This document shows positions 38,009 to 46,990 of a stretch of DNA of 64,000 nt, piece after piece. The first letter of the stretch is position 1; each line of letters starts with the position of its first letter. Source of the DNA: an uncultured Clostridia bacterium (GTDB lineage: Bacteria > Bacillota > Clostridia > TANB77 > CAG-508); NCBI GenBank assembly GCA_944390345.1, contig CALXPP010000002.1, forward strand, positions 26,060 to 90,059, read 5' to 3'. Made by a program: the position numbers and the translations under genes. The notes under the pieces were generated by a model. It was not told the DNA's origin. It worked only from the letters and a program-made list of their open reading frames with translations, and made no database searches.

Positions 38009-38047
38009 AAAGCTTTTAAATAGAAACCCTATTTAAAAGCTTTTTGT
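38009..38047 (+). terminator. Rho-independent terminator of typA
   Basis: GCTTTTAAATA gaaaccc TATTTAAAAGC followed by T5. Confidence 0.8.
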
Positions 38048-38131
38048 TTTTATAAAAACTATAATATTAATAATTTTATGTAAGACTTTATATAATAAAA
38101 ATTTTAAATAATTATCTGATTAAAAATGGAC

Positions 38132-38159
38132 GACGCCCCACTGGAGCCAGTAGGGCGTC
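38132..38159 (-). terminator. GC-rich hairpin terminating cassette 2
   Basis: GACGCCC pairs with GGGCGTC, with an inner ACTG/CAGT helix. On the minus strand it is followed by GTCCATTTTTA. Confidence 0.65.
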
Positions 38160-38168
38160 TTGAGGATG

Positions 38169-38513
38169 TTATTTGTTTCGGTAATATAGCTCTCGAAAAC
38201 CGTATTTGGAAGGAGTGGTTGAAAATGCCCAAAAGGGCTTATGTATGTTTAATTCCTGGATTTTATTGTGTATTACTCCTTCCTGCAGAAACTTTAAAGT
38301 GTGCCGATTTGACACAAAGAACCGAAGAGGCTTAATAAAGTTGCCAACTTCGTATTCAAAAACAATCTCGTCTCTTGTCTGTAGATGAAAGATCATAGCT
38401 TTATCAAGTAAATTCATTTCCACGCCGTTTAACTGTCTTTCTAAGGTTTCGAGAAATTGTTTCTCCAAAGTTTCTTCTTCTTCTAATTCTAACCGAGCAA
38501 ATATTCTTTCCAT
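38169..38513 (-). CDS. Small hypothetical protein (114-aa ORF), GC-rich cassette 2, distant paralogue of 18153-18398
   Basis: AGGAGGA lies 8 nt before ATG 38513. The N-terminus MERIFARLELEEE parallels MERNIDKQKLEEL, and FLQEGVIHNK (residues 75-84) parallels LLAEGCYRNQ*. The last ~30 codons look like a read-through of a former 3' UTR. Confidence 0.55.
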   Translation of the reverse strand: MERIFARLELEEEETLEKQFLETLERQLNGVEMNLLDKAMIFHLQTRDEIVFEYEVGNFIKPLRFFVSNRHTLKFLQEGVIHNKIQELNIHKPFWAFSTTPSKYGFRELYYRNK

Positions 38514-38563
38514 ATAGGAATCCTCCTTCTTCTAAATTTAAAAAATTTTTTTGCGCCTAACTT

Positions 38564-38592
38564 ATTATATCACAAATTTACATAAATCGCAA
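38564..38592 (-). promoter_or_regulatory. Sigma-A-type promoter with TTATGTAA spacer motif (cassette 2)
   Basis: The minus strand reads TTGCGA T TTATGTAA ATTTGTGA TATAAT, a 17-nt spacer. Confidence 0.65.
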
Positions 38593-38758
38593 ATTTTGAT
38601 TTTAAGTGTATTAACTTTATAATAATTATTATTAATTGATGCTTATTGTTTTGCACTTATAATTGTATTATTTATAAATTTAATACTTAAGAAAAGCAAG
38701 ACTTGTTTTTTGACATAAAAAATGATATAAATAAGTGAAGTAAGAAAAAGGAGCAAAT

Positions 38759-39349
38759 ATGATAAATCTAGAAGAATTAGAAAAAATAAAGAAAAAAGCT
38801 TTAGAAGAGCATATTCCAATAATAATGGATGATACTTTGGAAGTAATAAAAAAGATTTTAGAAGAAGAAAAACCAACAAATATTTTGGAAATAGGAACAG
38901 CAGTAGGCTATTCTGCTATACAATTTGCAAGATATTCAGAAGGAGCTTGTGTAGATACTATAGAACTAAACGAAGAAAGAGCAAAAACAGCAAAGGAAAA
39001 TATAAAAAAAGTAGGACTTGAAGAAAAAATAAATATTTTAATTGGAAATGCTGTTGACATTTTGCCTACTATAAATAAAGAGTATGATATTATTTTTATA
39101 GATGCAAATAAAGGAAAATATCCTATATTTTTAGAAGAAGGAATTAGATTAGTAAAAAATAATGGAATAATTTTAGCAGATAATATTTTATATAAAGGCT
39201 ATGTTTTAAGTGACTATAATAAACATAAACAGAGAACAGCAGTAAGACATTTAAGAGAATATATAGCAAAGGCAATAGAAGATGAAAGACTGAAAAGTCA
39301 AATATTAGAAGTAGGTGATGGACTAGCTATTTCTAGAGTAACCAAATGA
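38759..39349 (+). CDS. Class I SAM-dependent O-methyltransferase (family 3, YrrM/TrmR-like)
   Basis: It has the SAM-binding motif ILEIGTAVGYSAI and IFIDANKGKY. Confidence 0.75.
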   Translation: MINLEELEKIKKKALEEHIPIIMDDTLEVIKKILEEEKPTNILEIGTAVGYSAIQFARYSEGACVDTIELNEERAKTAKENIKKVGLEEKINILIGNAVDILPTINKEYDIIFIDANKGKYPIFLEEGIRLVKNNGIILADNILYKGYVLSDYNKHKQRTAVRHLREYIAKAIEDERLKSQILEVGDGLAISRVTK

Positions 39350-39523
39350 ATAATGTCGAATAATATATATTAAAAAACAAGATAAATTTTGCAAACAGAC
39401 AAAATTTTGTAAAAACATTGCTAAAAAATGTAAAATATGATATTCTAAAATCGTTGAAATTAATAAAAATAAAGATTATTGGTTCGAACAATAAAATTTC
39501 TTAAAAAGAAAGGAAATTTACTT

Positions 39524-40804
39524 ATGAAAATTTTAGATAATGAAGAATATGTAATTACTGTTATAATGGCTGCTGGAAAAGGTACAAGAATGAAATCAAA
39601 TAAATCAAAATTAGTACATAAAATTTACGGAAAAGAATTAGTAAGAAGAGTAGCTGAGTTAGCTTACAAGATTGGTTCAGATGAAGTAGTTACAGTAGTG
39701 GGGCACTTAAGAGAACAAATTCAAGAGGTCTTAGGTGATAGTGTTAAATATGCATATCAAGATGAGCTTTTAGGTACAGGTCATGCTGTAATGCAAGCAA
39801 TACCTTATCTACAAGGAAAAAAAGGAAAGGTTGTGGTTTTGTATGGAGATGTTCCTATTATAAGACCAGAGACCTTAAAAAAATTAATAGAAAAAAGTGT
39901 TACAAGTAAGGAATATGCTACCTTGCTAACGGCAATATATGAAAATCCAACAGGTTATGGAAGAATTGTGCGTGATGAAGGTGGAAATATTGAAAAGATT
40001 GTAGAAGAGAAGGATGCAAATCCACTTGAAAGAAAAATCAAAGAAATTAACTCAGGTATTTATTGCTTTGATATAGAAGAATTATTAAAAGCTTTAAAAT
40101 TTATAAAACCTAATAATGCACAAGGTGAATATTATTTGACAGATGTTATAAAGATAATGAACGATAAAGGTTTAAAAACTGGTGCTGTTATTGTAGAAGA
40201 CAATACAGAAATATTAGGTGTAAACGATAGAGCTCAATTAGAACTATTAACAAGAGTACTAAGAATGCGTATAAATAGTGAACATATGAGAAATGGTGTA
40301 ACTGTAGAAGATGCAAATTCAACTTATATTTATGATGATGTAAAAATAGGAAAAGATACGGTTATTCATCCAAATACTATAATTCAAAGTAATGTAACTA
40401 TTGGAGAAAATTGTGAAATAGGTCCAAATGCTTTTATTAGAGAAGGTTGTGTATTAAAAAATAAAGTAAAGATAGGAAACTGTGTAGAAATAAAGAAAAC
40501 TACAATAGGAGAAGGAACTAAAGTACCGCACTTAACTTATTTAGGTGATTGTAAGGTTGGAAAAAATTGTAATATAGGATGTGGAACTATTACTTGTAAT
40601 TATGATGGAGTAAATAAACATCAAACAATTATAGGAGATAATAGCTTTATTGGTTCAAATGTAAGTTTTGTAGCTCCTGTTAAAATTGGTAATAATGTTA
40701 CAGTTGCTGCTGGTTCTACTATTACAGAAGATATACCAGATAATACTTTATCTATAGCAAGAGAAAGACAGATAAATAAAGAAGGTTATTACAATAAAAA
40801 ATAA
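39524..40804 (+). CDS. glmU: Bifunctional UDP-N-acetylglucosamine pyrophosphorylase / glucosamine-1-phosphate N-acetyltransferase
   Basis: It has MAAGKGTRMKS, YGDVPI and C-terminal left-handed beta-helix hexapeptide repeats. ATG 39524 follows AAAGGAAA. Confidence 0.92.
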   Translation: MKILDNEEYVITVIMAAGKGTRMKSNKSKLVHKIYGKELVRRVAELAYKIGSDEVVTVVGHLREQIQEVLGDSVKYAYQDELLGTGHAVMQAIPYLQGKKGKVVVLYGDVPIIRPETLKKLIEKSVTSKEYATLLTAIYENPTGYGRIVRDEGGNIEKIVEEKDANPLERKIKEINSGIYCFDIEELLKALKFIKPNNAQGEYYLTDVIKIMNDKGLKTGAVIVEDNTEILGVNDRAQLELLTRVLRMRINSEHMRNGVTVEDANSTYIYDDVKIGKDTVIHPNTIIQSNVTIGENCEIGPNAFIREGCVLKNKVKIGNCVEIKKTTIGEGTKVPHLTYLGDCKVGKNCNIGCGTITCNYDGVNKHQTIIGDNSFIGSNVSFVAPVKIGNNVTVAAGSTITEDIPDNTLSIARERQINKEGYYNKK

Positions 40805-40906
40805 TTAGAAAAGCACTTTTAAAAGTGCTTTTCTTGTTTCATACTGTTTACAGATTAGAAAAAATCTTTGTATACCTTTTTTGCTCTAATAGAAATAGAG
40901 TAACAG

Positions 40907-41287
40907 TTAAGGATTTTGTTCGCCTGGAATTATATAATCAATTACTCCATAAATTAGAGCACCAATAATAGCAGCTACCCAAGAAATTGAATATCCTGCA
41001 ACAAAAAATTGTGTAACATATAAAGTGATAACTGCTAAAACAAATCCAACAAAGCCTTTTCCAAAAGCAATAGAATGAAGACCAGTAAATTTTACTATTA
41101 AATAATCCATAACAGTTAAAACAATTGCAGCTAATGCTAAAGCCCAAAGATTGTTAATAGAAAAACCAGGTGTAAAAAATGCAGTAATTCCAAGGATTAT
41201 AGCTGCGACAATAAATCTTCCTAAAATTTGTCCAAAAGTACCCATTGTACTATTGCTGGATTGTATATCAGTATTATTGTTATCCAT
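40907..41287 (-). CDS. Four-TM membrane protein with two-fold internal repeat, unknown function
   Basis: 126 aa. The repeat halves are FTPGFSINNLWALALAAIVLTVMDYLI and FVAGYSISWVAAIIGALIYGVIDYII. ATG 41287 follows GGAGAA. Confidence 0.55.
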   Translation of the reverse strand: MDNNNTDIQSSNSTMGTFGQILGRFIVAAIILGITAFFTPGFSINNLWALALAAIVLTVMDYLIVKFTGLHSIAFGKGFVGFVLAVITLYVTQFFVAGYSISWVAAIIGALIYGVIDYIIPGEQNP

Positions 41288-41401
41288 TTTGTTCTCCTTC
41301 CTTTTTTTAAATATATTTATTTTTAATATAAAAAACAAATATATAAGTATATTTTAATATTTTTTGCAAAAAATATTCACATAAAAGAAAGGAATAAATA
41401 A

Positions 41402-42076
41402 ATGATATTAATATTTGTAAAAAGTATTATTTTATATACAATTGTTTTAATTGTTATGAGGTGTATGGGAAAAAGAGAAATTGGACAGATGCAGCCTTTT
41501 GAACTTGCTATTGCAATTATGATTGCAGATTTAGCAACTACACCAATGACAGAAATAGGTATACCTTTATTATATGGAATTATTCCTATTTTAGGTCTTC
41601 TATTTATGCATATTATTATTTCACTTGGAAATTTAAAAAGTATAAAAATGAGGGAATTTATATGTGGGAAGCCTAGAATTTTAATATATAGAGGTAAAAT
41701 AGATGAGCAAGCTTTAAAATTAGAAAATTTTACAATTAACGAATTACAAGAAAGATTAAGAGTAAACAATATAAACAACTTAGGAGATGTGGAATTTGCA
41801 ATACTAGAAACTAGTGGGCAAATAAGTGTAGTGCAAAAACCAGAAAAAAGAGCTTTAAAGCCAGAAGATTTTAATATAGATGCTAAATATGAAGGAATTT
41901 CTTACGATTTAGTAATAGATGGAAAAATAATGGAGGATAATTTAAAGAAGCTTGGGAAAAGTAGAGCTTGGTTAGAAAGGGAAGTTGGCAAATTTAATAT
42001 GAAACCTGAGGAAGCTTTAGTAGTAGTCTTAAATGGTGATAGAACAATTTTTTGTCAAAAGAAGGAGGAAAATTGA
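41402..42076 (+). CDS. YetF/DUF421-like membrane protein
   Basis: The N-terminal TM region contains MRCMGKREIGQMQPFELAIAIMIADLA, and a soluble C-terminal domain follows. Confidence 0.7.
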   Translation: MILIFVKSIILYTIVLIVMRCMGKREIGQMQPFELAIAIMIADLATTPMTEIGIPLLYGIIPILGLLFMHIIISLGNLKSIKMREFICGKPRILIYRGKIDEQALKLENFTINELQERLRVNNINNLGDVEFAILETSGQISVVQKPEKRALKPEDFNIDAKYEGISYDLVIDGKIMEDNLKKLGKSRAWLEREVGKFNMKPEEALVVVLNGDRTIFCQKKEEN

Positions 42077-42534
42077 AAAAAATAAAAAGGGAAATATGGC
42101 TTTTAATTTTAATATTAATAATTATTGCAGTTTTAGAAATTATAACCAATTTAATATCTAATAATAGTGTAGAGCAGATACTCGGAAATCTAAAAGAAGT
42201 AAAAACAAACTTAGAAAATGTAGAAAAAAATGAAGAAGAAAAATTGTCTTTAGCTAATAGTCAAAAACTAGAAATAGAAGAATCCAGTGAGGAAATAAAT
42301 GGTTTAATGGAACAAATAGGTAAATTAAAAGAAGAATGGTTTAAGGCTGAAAAAAAATTATCTTTTTTTGCAGAACACGATGAACTAGAAAAAATAAGTT
42401 ATGCTATTACTATATTAGAAGAAAATGCAAAAAATAATGAATATAATGATGCTTTAGAAAATATTGTAGAAGCAAATTATTGGCTAGAACATGTAAAAGA
42501 AAAAGATAGTTTCAAATTAAAAAATATTTTTTAA
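42052..42534 (+). CDS. Membrane-anchored coiled-coil protein (DUF4363-like by context)
   Basis: It overlaps the end of the DUF421 gene and has an N-terminal TM helix. The start may be TTG 42073, after AAGGAGG. Confidence 0.5.
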   Translation: MSKEGGKLKKIKREIWLLILILIIIAVLEIITNLISNNSVEQILGNLKEVKTNLENVEKNEEEKLSLANSQKLEIEESSEEINGLMEQIGKLKEEWFKAEKKLSFFAEHDELEKISYAITILEENAKNNEYNDALENIVEANYWLEHVKEKDSFKLKNIF

Positions 42535-42567
42535 AAGCTCAAACTTAAATGAAAAGTTTGAGCTTTT
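42533..42567. terminator. Bidirectional terminator between convergent genes
   Basis: AGCTCAAACTT aaatgaa AAGTTTGAGCT, flanked by A4 and T4. Confidence 0.8.
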
Positions 42568-42594
42568 AAGATCTATTAATTTAAATATTTAATT

Positions 42595-43533
42595 TTATTT
42601 TGGATTTTCACTAGTTTCTCTAACAATGTATACAGGCCTTTTCTTTACTTCTAAATAAGTTTTTGATAAATATTGTCCTATAATTCCAAGTGAAAATAAT
42701 TGGATACCACTTACCATAAATATAATACAAACTAAAGAAGGCCAACCACTAGTAGGATCTCCATATATAAGTGTTTTTCCTATAATAATTATTATTAATA
42801 GGAAGGAAATTATACAAAATAAAATTCCAAGAACAGAAGAGAAAATTAAAGGAGTAGTAGAAAAAGCAGTAATTCCTTCTATAGCATATTTAAATAATTT
42901 CCAAAAAGACCATTTTGTTTCTCCAGCAACTCTTTCAATATTTTCATATTCTAACCATTTTACTTTGTAACCAATAAAACTAAATAGTCCCTTAGAATAG
43001 CGATTGTACTCTTTTAATTCTAATAGTGAGTTTGTAGCTTGTCTTGTCATAAGCATATAATCTCTTGCACCATCTACCATTTGAACTTTTGACATTTTGT
43101 TTATAATCTTATAAAACATTCTAGCAAAGAAGCTTCTAATAGGAGGTTCTCCTTTTCTAGTTACTCTTCTAGTTCCAACTATATCAAACCCATCATTTTT
43201 TATATAATCATACATCTCTTTTAGCAAAGCTGGTGGATCTTGTAAATCAGCATCCATTAAAGTAACAAAATCACCAGTGCTAGCTTCTAAACCAGCATAC
43301 ATGGCAGATTCCTTTCCAAAATTTCTAGAAAAGGAAATATATCTAACTTTAGAGTCTTTTTGATGTAGGTCTTTCATTATTTTTAAAGTATTATCTGAAG
43401 AACCATCATCTACAAAAATATATTCAAATTCTACATTTTGAAAATTTTTTATTTGTTTTTCCATTTCTTTATAAAACAAAGGTAAAGCTTTTTCTTCGTT
43501 AAAGCAAGAAACAATAACAGATATTTTATCCAT
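42595..43533 (-). CDS. Family-2 glycosyltransferase, polyprenyl-phosphate sugar synthase type (GtrB/CsbB-like)
   Basis: It has ISVIVSCFNEE, VDDGSSD and MDADLQDPP, plus two C-terminal TM helices. Confidence 0.85.
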   Translation of the reverse strand: MDKISVIVSCFNEEKALPLFYKEMEKQIKNFQNVEFEYIFVDDGSSDNTLKIMKDLHQKDSKVRYISFSRNFGKESAMYAGLEASTGDFVTLMDADLQDPPALLKEMYDYIKNDGFDIVGTRRVTRKGEPPIRSFFARMFYKIINKMSKVQMVDGARDYMLMTRQATNSLLELKEYNRYSKGLFSFIGYKVKWLEYENIERVAGETKWSFWKLFKYAIEGITAFSTTPLIFSSVLGILFCIISFLLIIIIIGKTLIYGDPTSGWPSLVCIIFMVSGIQLFSLGIIGQYLSKTYLEVKKRPVYIVRETSENPK

Positions 43534-43536
43534 AAT

Positions 43537-45126
43537 TTAATTCCTTTCTATATTAATTTTTTTATTTATTAATTCAAATAAAATTTCAAATCCATTTGCA
43601 GCAGAAGGAAGCAATAAGAAGTAAAAAGGTATTACATAAATACATTTTGTCTCCCATAATATATGAAATAAAAAGCCTCCTAAAAAGCAAAGTAATAGTA
43701 CAAAGTTTTGCTCATTAAATTTTTTATTTTTAATATTATAAATAGTAGAAATACTAGCTGTTATAAAAATTAAAATATTAAAAATATTTAAATAAAAATC
43801 TAAAAAACTATGAAGCTTTCCATGAAAAATACTTTGCAAAACTTTATTATTTTCTACATAATTTTTGTATTCAGTAGAATTATTTTCGAATTCATCTAAA
43901 GGTTCTGCTGTCCATATTGTTTGAAAAGCTGGTTCACACCAAGTAGATAAAATTTTATCTGCATAAAATTTTACAAAACTTATAGGTGAATCTAAAAAAT
44001 CATTTAATCTATTTTTAATAATTTCTATGCTTTCTTTAGTAGTTTCATTTTTATTATAATTATTTTGAGCATAGATAGCTTCTACATTTTTACTTTCATT
44101 GTACCAACCAGCATTTCTGGTAGCTGGTTTTTGAATGCCCATAGCAATATAAGAAATCATTGGAATACCTTCATTTATCTCTTTTCCTGTGCGAAGTTCT
44201 GCAAATTTTAATATTGCTTTATTGGAGCATAGGCATAATACTAATATTAATAATACTATCAAAAGGTTTCTTTTGTCAAATTTTTGAATAAAATCCAACA
44301 CCAAAGAGATTATAATACCAATCATAATAATTTCATAATTACTTTTTAGTATTATGGAAAAAGCTAAACTAAAACTTACAAAAATTAAATACTTAATTTT
44401 TCTATTTTTATAGTACAAAAGTAAAAGAAAAATTGCTAAAAGTGAAAAGGTAAAGCCAAAAATATTTCCATAAACTAATATAGAAAGCATAGGTAGTACC
44501 AAAAAACTAGGAAATATAATTAAAACTAATTTATTTATTTTTTCATCTTGATAAAGTAAATTTGTAATTTTAAACATTAAATAAAAAGAAATTAGTACAA
44601 AAACTATATTTAAATTCTGAATTAATAAAGGAGAATTATTTGAAAATATAGTAATTATAAATTCTAAAAAAAATACAATTCCAAGTTGTAAAGGATGTAA
44701 GAAAAGATACTTTCCTTCTTCTAAAAAATCAAAATTATTATTTTTAAAATTAATTGCAGCAGCAAGCACAAATTTTTGATCAGCTCGTACTGGTGCTTGA
44801 ACAAAATTTACCCAAAACAAGCTAAAGATTGTAATAATAGCTAAACTAATAGCTAGAAGTATTTTTATATTTATTTTTTTAAATAAAGTATATAAAAGAT
44901 AGAAAATGCCTAATAATATAATTACTCCAATTAAAATAATAGGAAGAAAATTTATAGTATAATAAAGTCCTTCATTATAATCTGTATAGCTAGTATTTCT
45001 AAAATTTGCTCTTATAAAAATAGTACAAATACTTAAAGCTATTAGAATAATTGTTACTAAAATAGTTACAAAATTAATTGAAAAAGAATTAAAAGCTTTT
45101 TTTGGATTTAATTTATCTATTTTCAT
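43537..45126 (-). CDS. Polytopic membrane protein, putative GT-C-fold glycosyltransferase
   Basis: 529 aa with more than 10 hydrophobic segments. It lies 3 nt upstream of the GT2 gene. The function is inferred from context only. Confidence 0.45.
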   Translation of the reverse strand: MKIDKLNPKKAFNSFSINFVTILVTIILIALSICTIFIRANFRNTSYTDYNEGLYYTINFLPIILIGVIILLGIFYLLYTLFKKINIKILLAISLAIITIFSLFWVNFVQAPVRADQKFVLAAAINFKNNNFDFLEEGKYLFLHPLQLGIVFFLEFIITIFSNNSPLLIQNLNIVFVLISFYLMFKITNLLYQDEKINKLVLIIFPSFLVLPMLSILVYGNIFGFTFSLLAIFLLLLYYKNRKIKYLIFVSFSLAFSIILKSNYEIIMIGIIISLVLDFIQKFDKRNLLIVLLILVLCLCSNKAILKFAELRTGKEINEGIPMISYIAMGIQKPATRNAGWYNESKNVEAIYAQNNYNKNETTKESIEIIKNRLNDFLDSPISFVKFYADKILSTWCEPAFQTIWTAEPLDEFENNSTEYKNYVENNKVLQSIFHGKLHSFLDFYLNIFNILIFITASISTIYNIKNKKFNEQNFVLLLCFLGGFLFHILWETKCIYVIPFYFLLLPSAANGFEILFELINKKINIERN

Positions 45127-46739
45127 TAATTGTTTCCTCCGAAGTTTAAAGAATTTTTATCTATATTTTCTATTTTACCAATTTCTCTGCAAACAACTGA
45201 TGAAATATGATTTTGCAAATCTTCTGGCAAAAGGAATATTGCTGTTTCTAAGCTTGATTTTGGAAGCTCAAAAATAATTTTTTCACTAATATCTGATACA
45301 GGATGTCTAGAGTTTAAAATTCTAGTAGCAATTATATTATTATTTTCATCAACTACAGAAAAAGAATTGTTAGTTCTAATATCTGTATTTATTTCTATTT
45401 GACAGTAGTTTTCTCTAACACTATAAATAGCAGCTACACTAAAATATCTTGCAGCAAATTGATTAATAAAATCATTATTTAGAGAATCTAAAAAATTATC
45501 ACAAATTATATTTTGAGGTGGTATTTTATCAGTATACTCAAATTTACTTACAACTAAAGTAGAGGCACCTGCTTGTTTTTGACTTTCTGCTTCTGATAAA
45601 TATTGCTCTTTATAAGGTTTTAGATATTTTATACAAAATACAGAATTGCTAAATAATGGAAATAAACTGCAAAAACTAAAAAGTATAGTGGCACCAATTA
45701 AAAGCTTATTTCGAGCTTTGGTATTTTTTAAAAGAGATTGTAAGTTATAGATTATTCCACTAATTACTAAAACTTCATAAGGTAACATACTTCTATCGTA
45801 AAATTCAGATATTATAAGCATTGGTGATATAGCAACAGCACAAGGAAAAATAACATATTTTAGTTGATCTAAACAAATTGCATAATTTTTCTTTGAACTA
45901 TTTTCTTTTAAAAATACAGCCAAAAACAAAACAATATATATAACTATTAGATTTTGTATATGAAAAAGATTTCTTGCTACATTTATAAAATATAACTGAG
46001 AACGGTTTTCTGTATTTAATCTAACAAAATTACCAGGTGCAAATATTAGAAGCATACTACCTATACCAAAGATAGCAATACTTATAAGCCAGTATAGTTT
46101 TCTTTTTATAGGTAATTTTAATAATTTTTTTATATTAAACAAAACTAAAGCTATTATAAAAGAGCCTGTTACAAAAGCAGTGTTTTCTTGGGACCAACCA
46201 GTAAGAAAGGCTAGAATCCAATACAAAAAGCTACTTATTATAGAGTATTTTTTTTCATAAACAATTCCATTATAAAAAAAGCTTAAAGTATAAAGCATTA
46301 AAGTTACAGGCCATAAATAATTAAGACTTCCAGAAATCCAAATATATTTTTCATTAAAGGCATAAGTACAATAAATAATAAGAAATAGAGTAATTGCTAA
46401 ATGAAAAACAGAAACTTTATTTCTAAATAGTTTTATAATTCCTATTAAAAATAATATAAAAACTATAGAATTAAGTACATAAAATAAATTTATATTTAAC
46501 CATAGAAATAATTGTATCGCTCCATGCACTAAAATTCTACCAGTCCAATTATTGTAAAAACCAGATAAAGATACTCTTAGATCTGATAAAGAAGAGACTC
46601 TTTGAGTAGTATTGTAAATATTAGAATAGTTATATTCATCTGGTGCAAATAAATTTGCATTACCTATTAAAAATATACAAATAGCAGTAAAGATGAGAAA
46701 AACTGTAATAGGTAAATATTTTTTAATATATTTATTCAT
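45126..46739 (-). CDS. Polytopic membrane protein with C-terminal soluble domain, putative GT-C-fold glycosyltransferase
   Basis: 537 aa. An acidic motif (APDEYNY) follows TM1. The stop overlaps the next gene's start (ATGA-type junction at 45126). Confidence 0.45.
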   Translation of the reverse strand: MNKYIKKYLPITVFLIFTAICIFLIGNANLFAPDEYNYSNIYNTTQRVSSLSDLRVSLSGFYNNWTGRILVHGAIQLFLWLNINLFYVLNSIVFILFLIGIIKLFRNKVSVFHLAITLFLIIYCTYAFNEKYIWISGSLNYLWPVTLMLYTLSFFYNGIVYEKKYSIISSFLYWILAFLTGWSQENTAFVTGSFIIALVLFNIKKLLKLPIKRKLYWLISIAIFGIGSMLLIFAPGNFVRLNTENRSQLYFINVARNLFHIQNLIVIYIVLFLAVFLKENSSKKNYAICLDQLKYVIFPCAVAISPMLIISEFYDRSMLPYEVLVISGIIYNLQSLLKNTKARNKLLIGATILFSFCSLFPLFSNSVFCIKYLKPYKEQYLSEAESQKQAGASTLVVSKFEYTDKIPPQNIICDNFLDSLNNDFINQFAARYFSVAAIYSVRENYCQIEINTDIRTNNSFSVVDENNNIIATRILNSRHPVSDISEKIIFELPKSSLETAIFLLPEDLQNHISSVVCREIGKIENIDKNSLNFGGNN

Positions 46740-46990
46740 AAATAAAAACCCCTATATTTAAAATTAGTGGAATTATATCATAAAAGATAAGATATAACAA
46801 TAAGAAAAGATTTTTTAAATAAAAATGTAGAATAATAAATTATACAAATTTATATATAAAGGTTGATATTTTACTAAAAGTGTAATATAATCGTAACATA
46901 AATGTAATGAATAAATTTTATATAAAAATTACATACTTTAAATTGGTAATTTTTTATACATAGATAAATTAAGAAGGGGACGAAGATCTG

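Noticed and set aside
38068-38096. A fourth occurrence of the TTATGTAA geometry on the plus strand (TAATAA-TT-TTATGTAA-GACTTTA-TATAAT). It would drive antisense transcription into cassette 2, giving a type-I-TA-like arrangement.
   Set aside because: The -35 (TAATAA) is poor. The octamer is expected by chance several times in 64 kb of this composition, and the cassette protein is not a small hydrophobic toxin. I keep it only as a note for RNA-seq inspection.
38126-38388. Plus-strand ORFs 38126-38335 and 38206-38388 inside GC-rich island 2.
   Set aside because: They have no SD or promoter. The minus-strand ORF has a promoter, an AGGAGGA SD and a terminator, and it is homologous to cassette 1.
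40938-41147. A 69-aa ORF in an alternative frame on the same strand as the 40907-41287 membrane protein.
   Set aside because: It is fully nested, has a Cys/Phe/Trp-rich nonsense-like translation, and has no SD.
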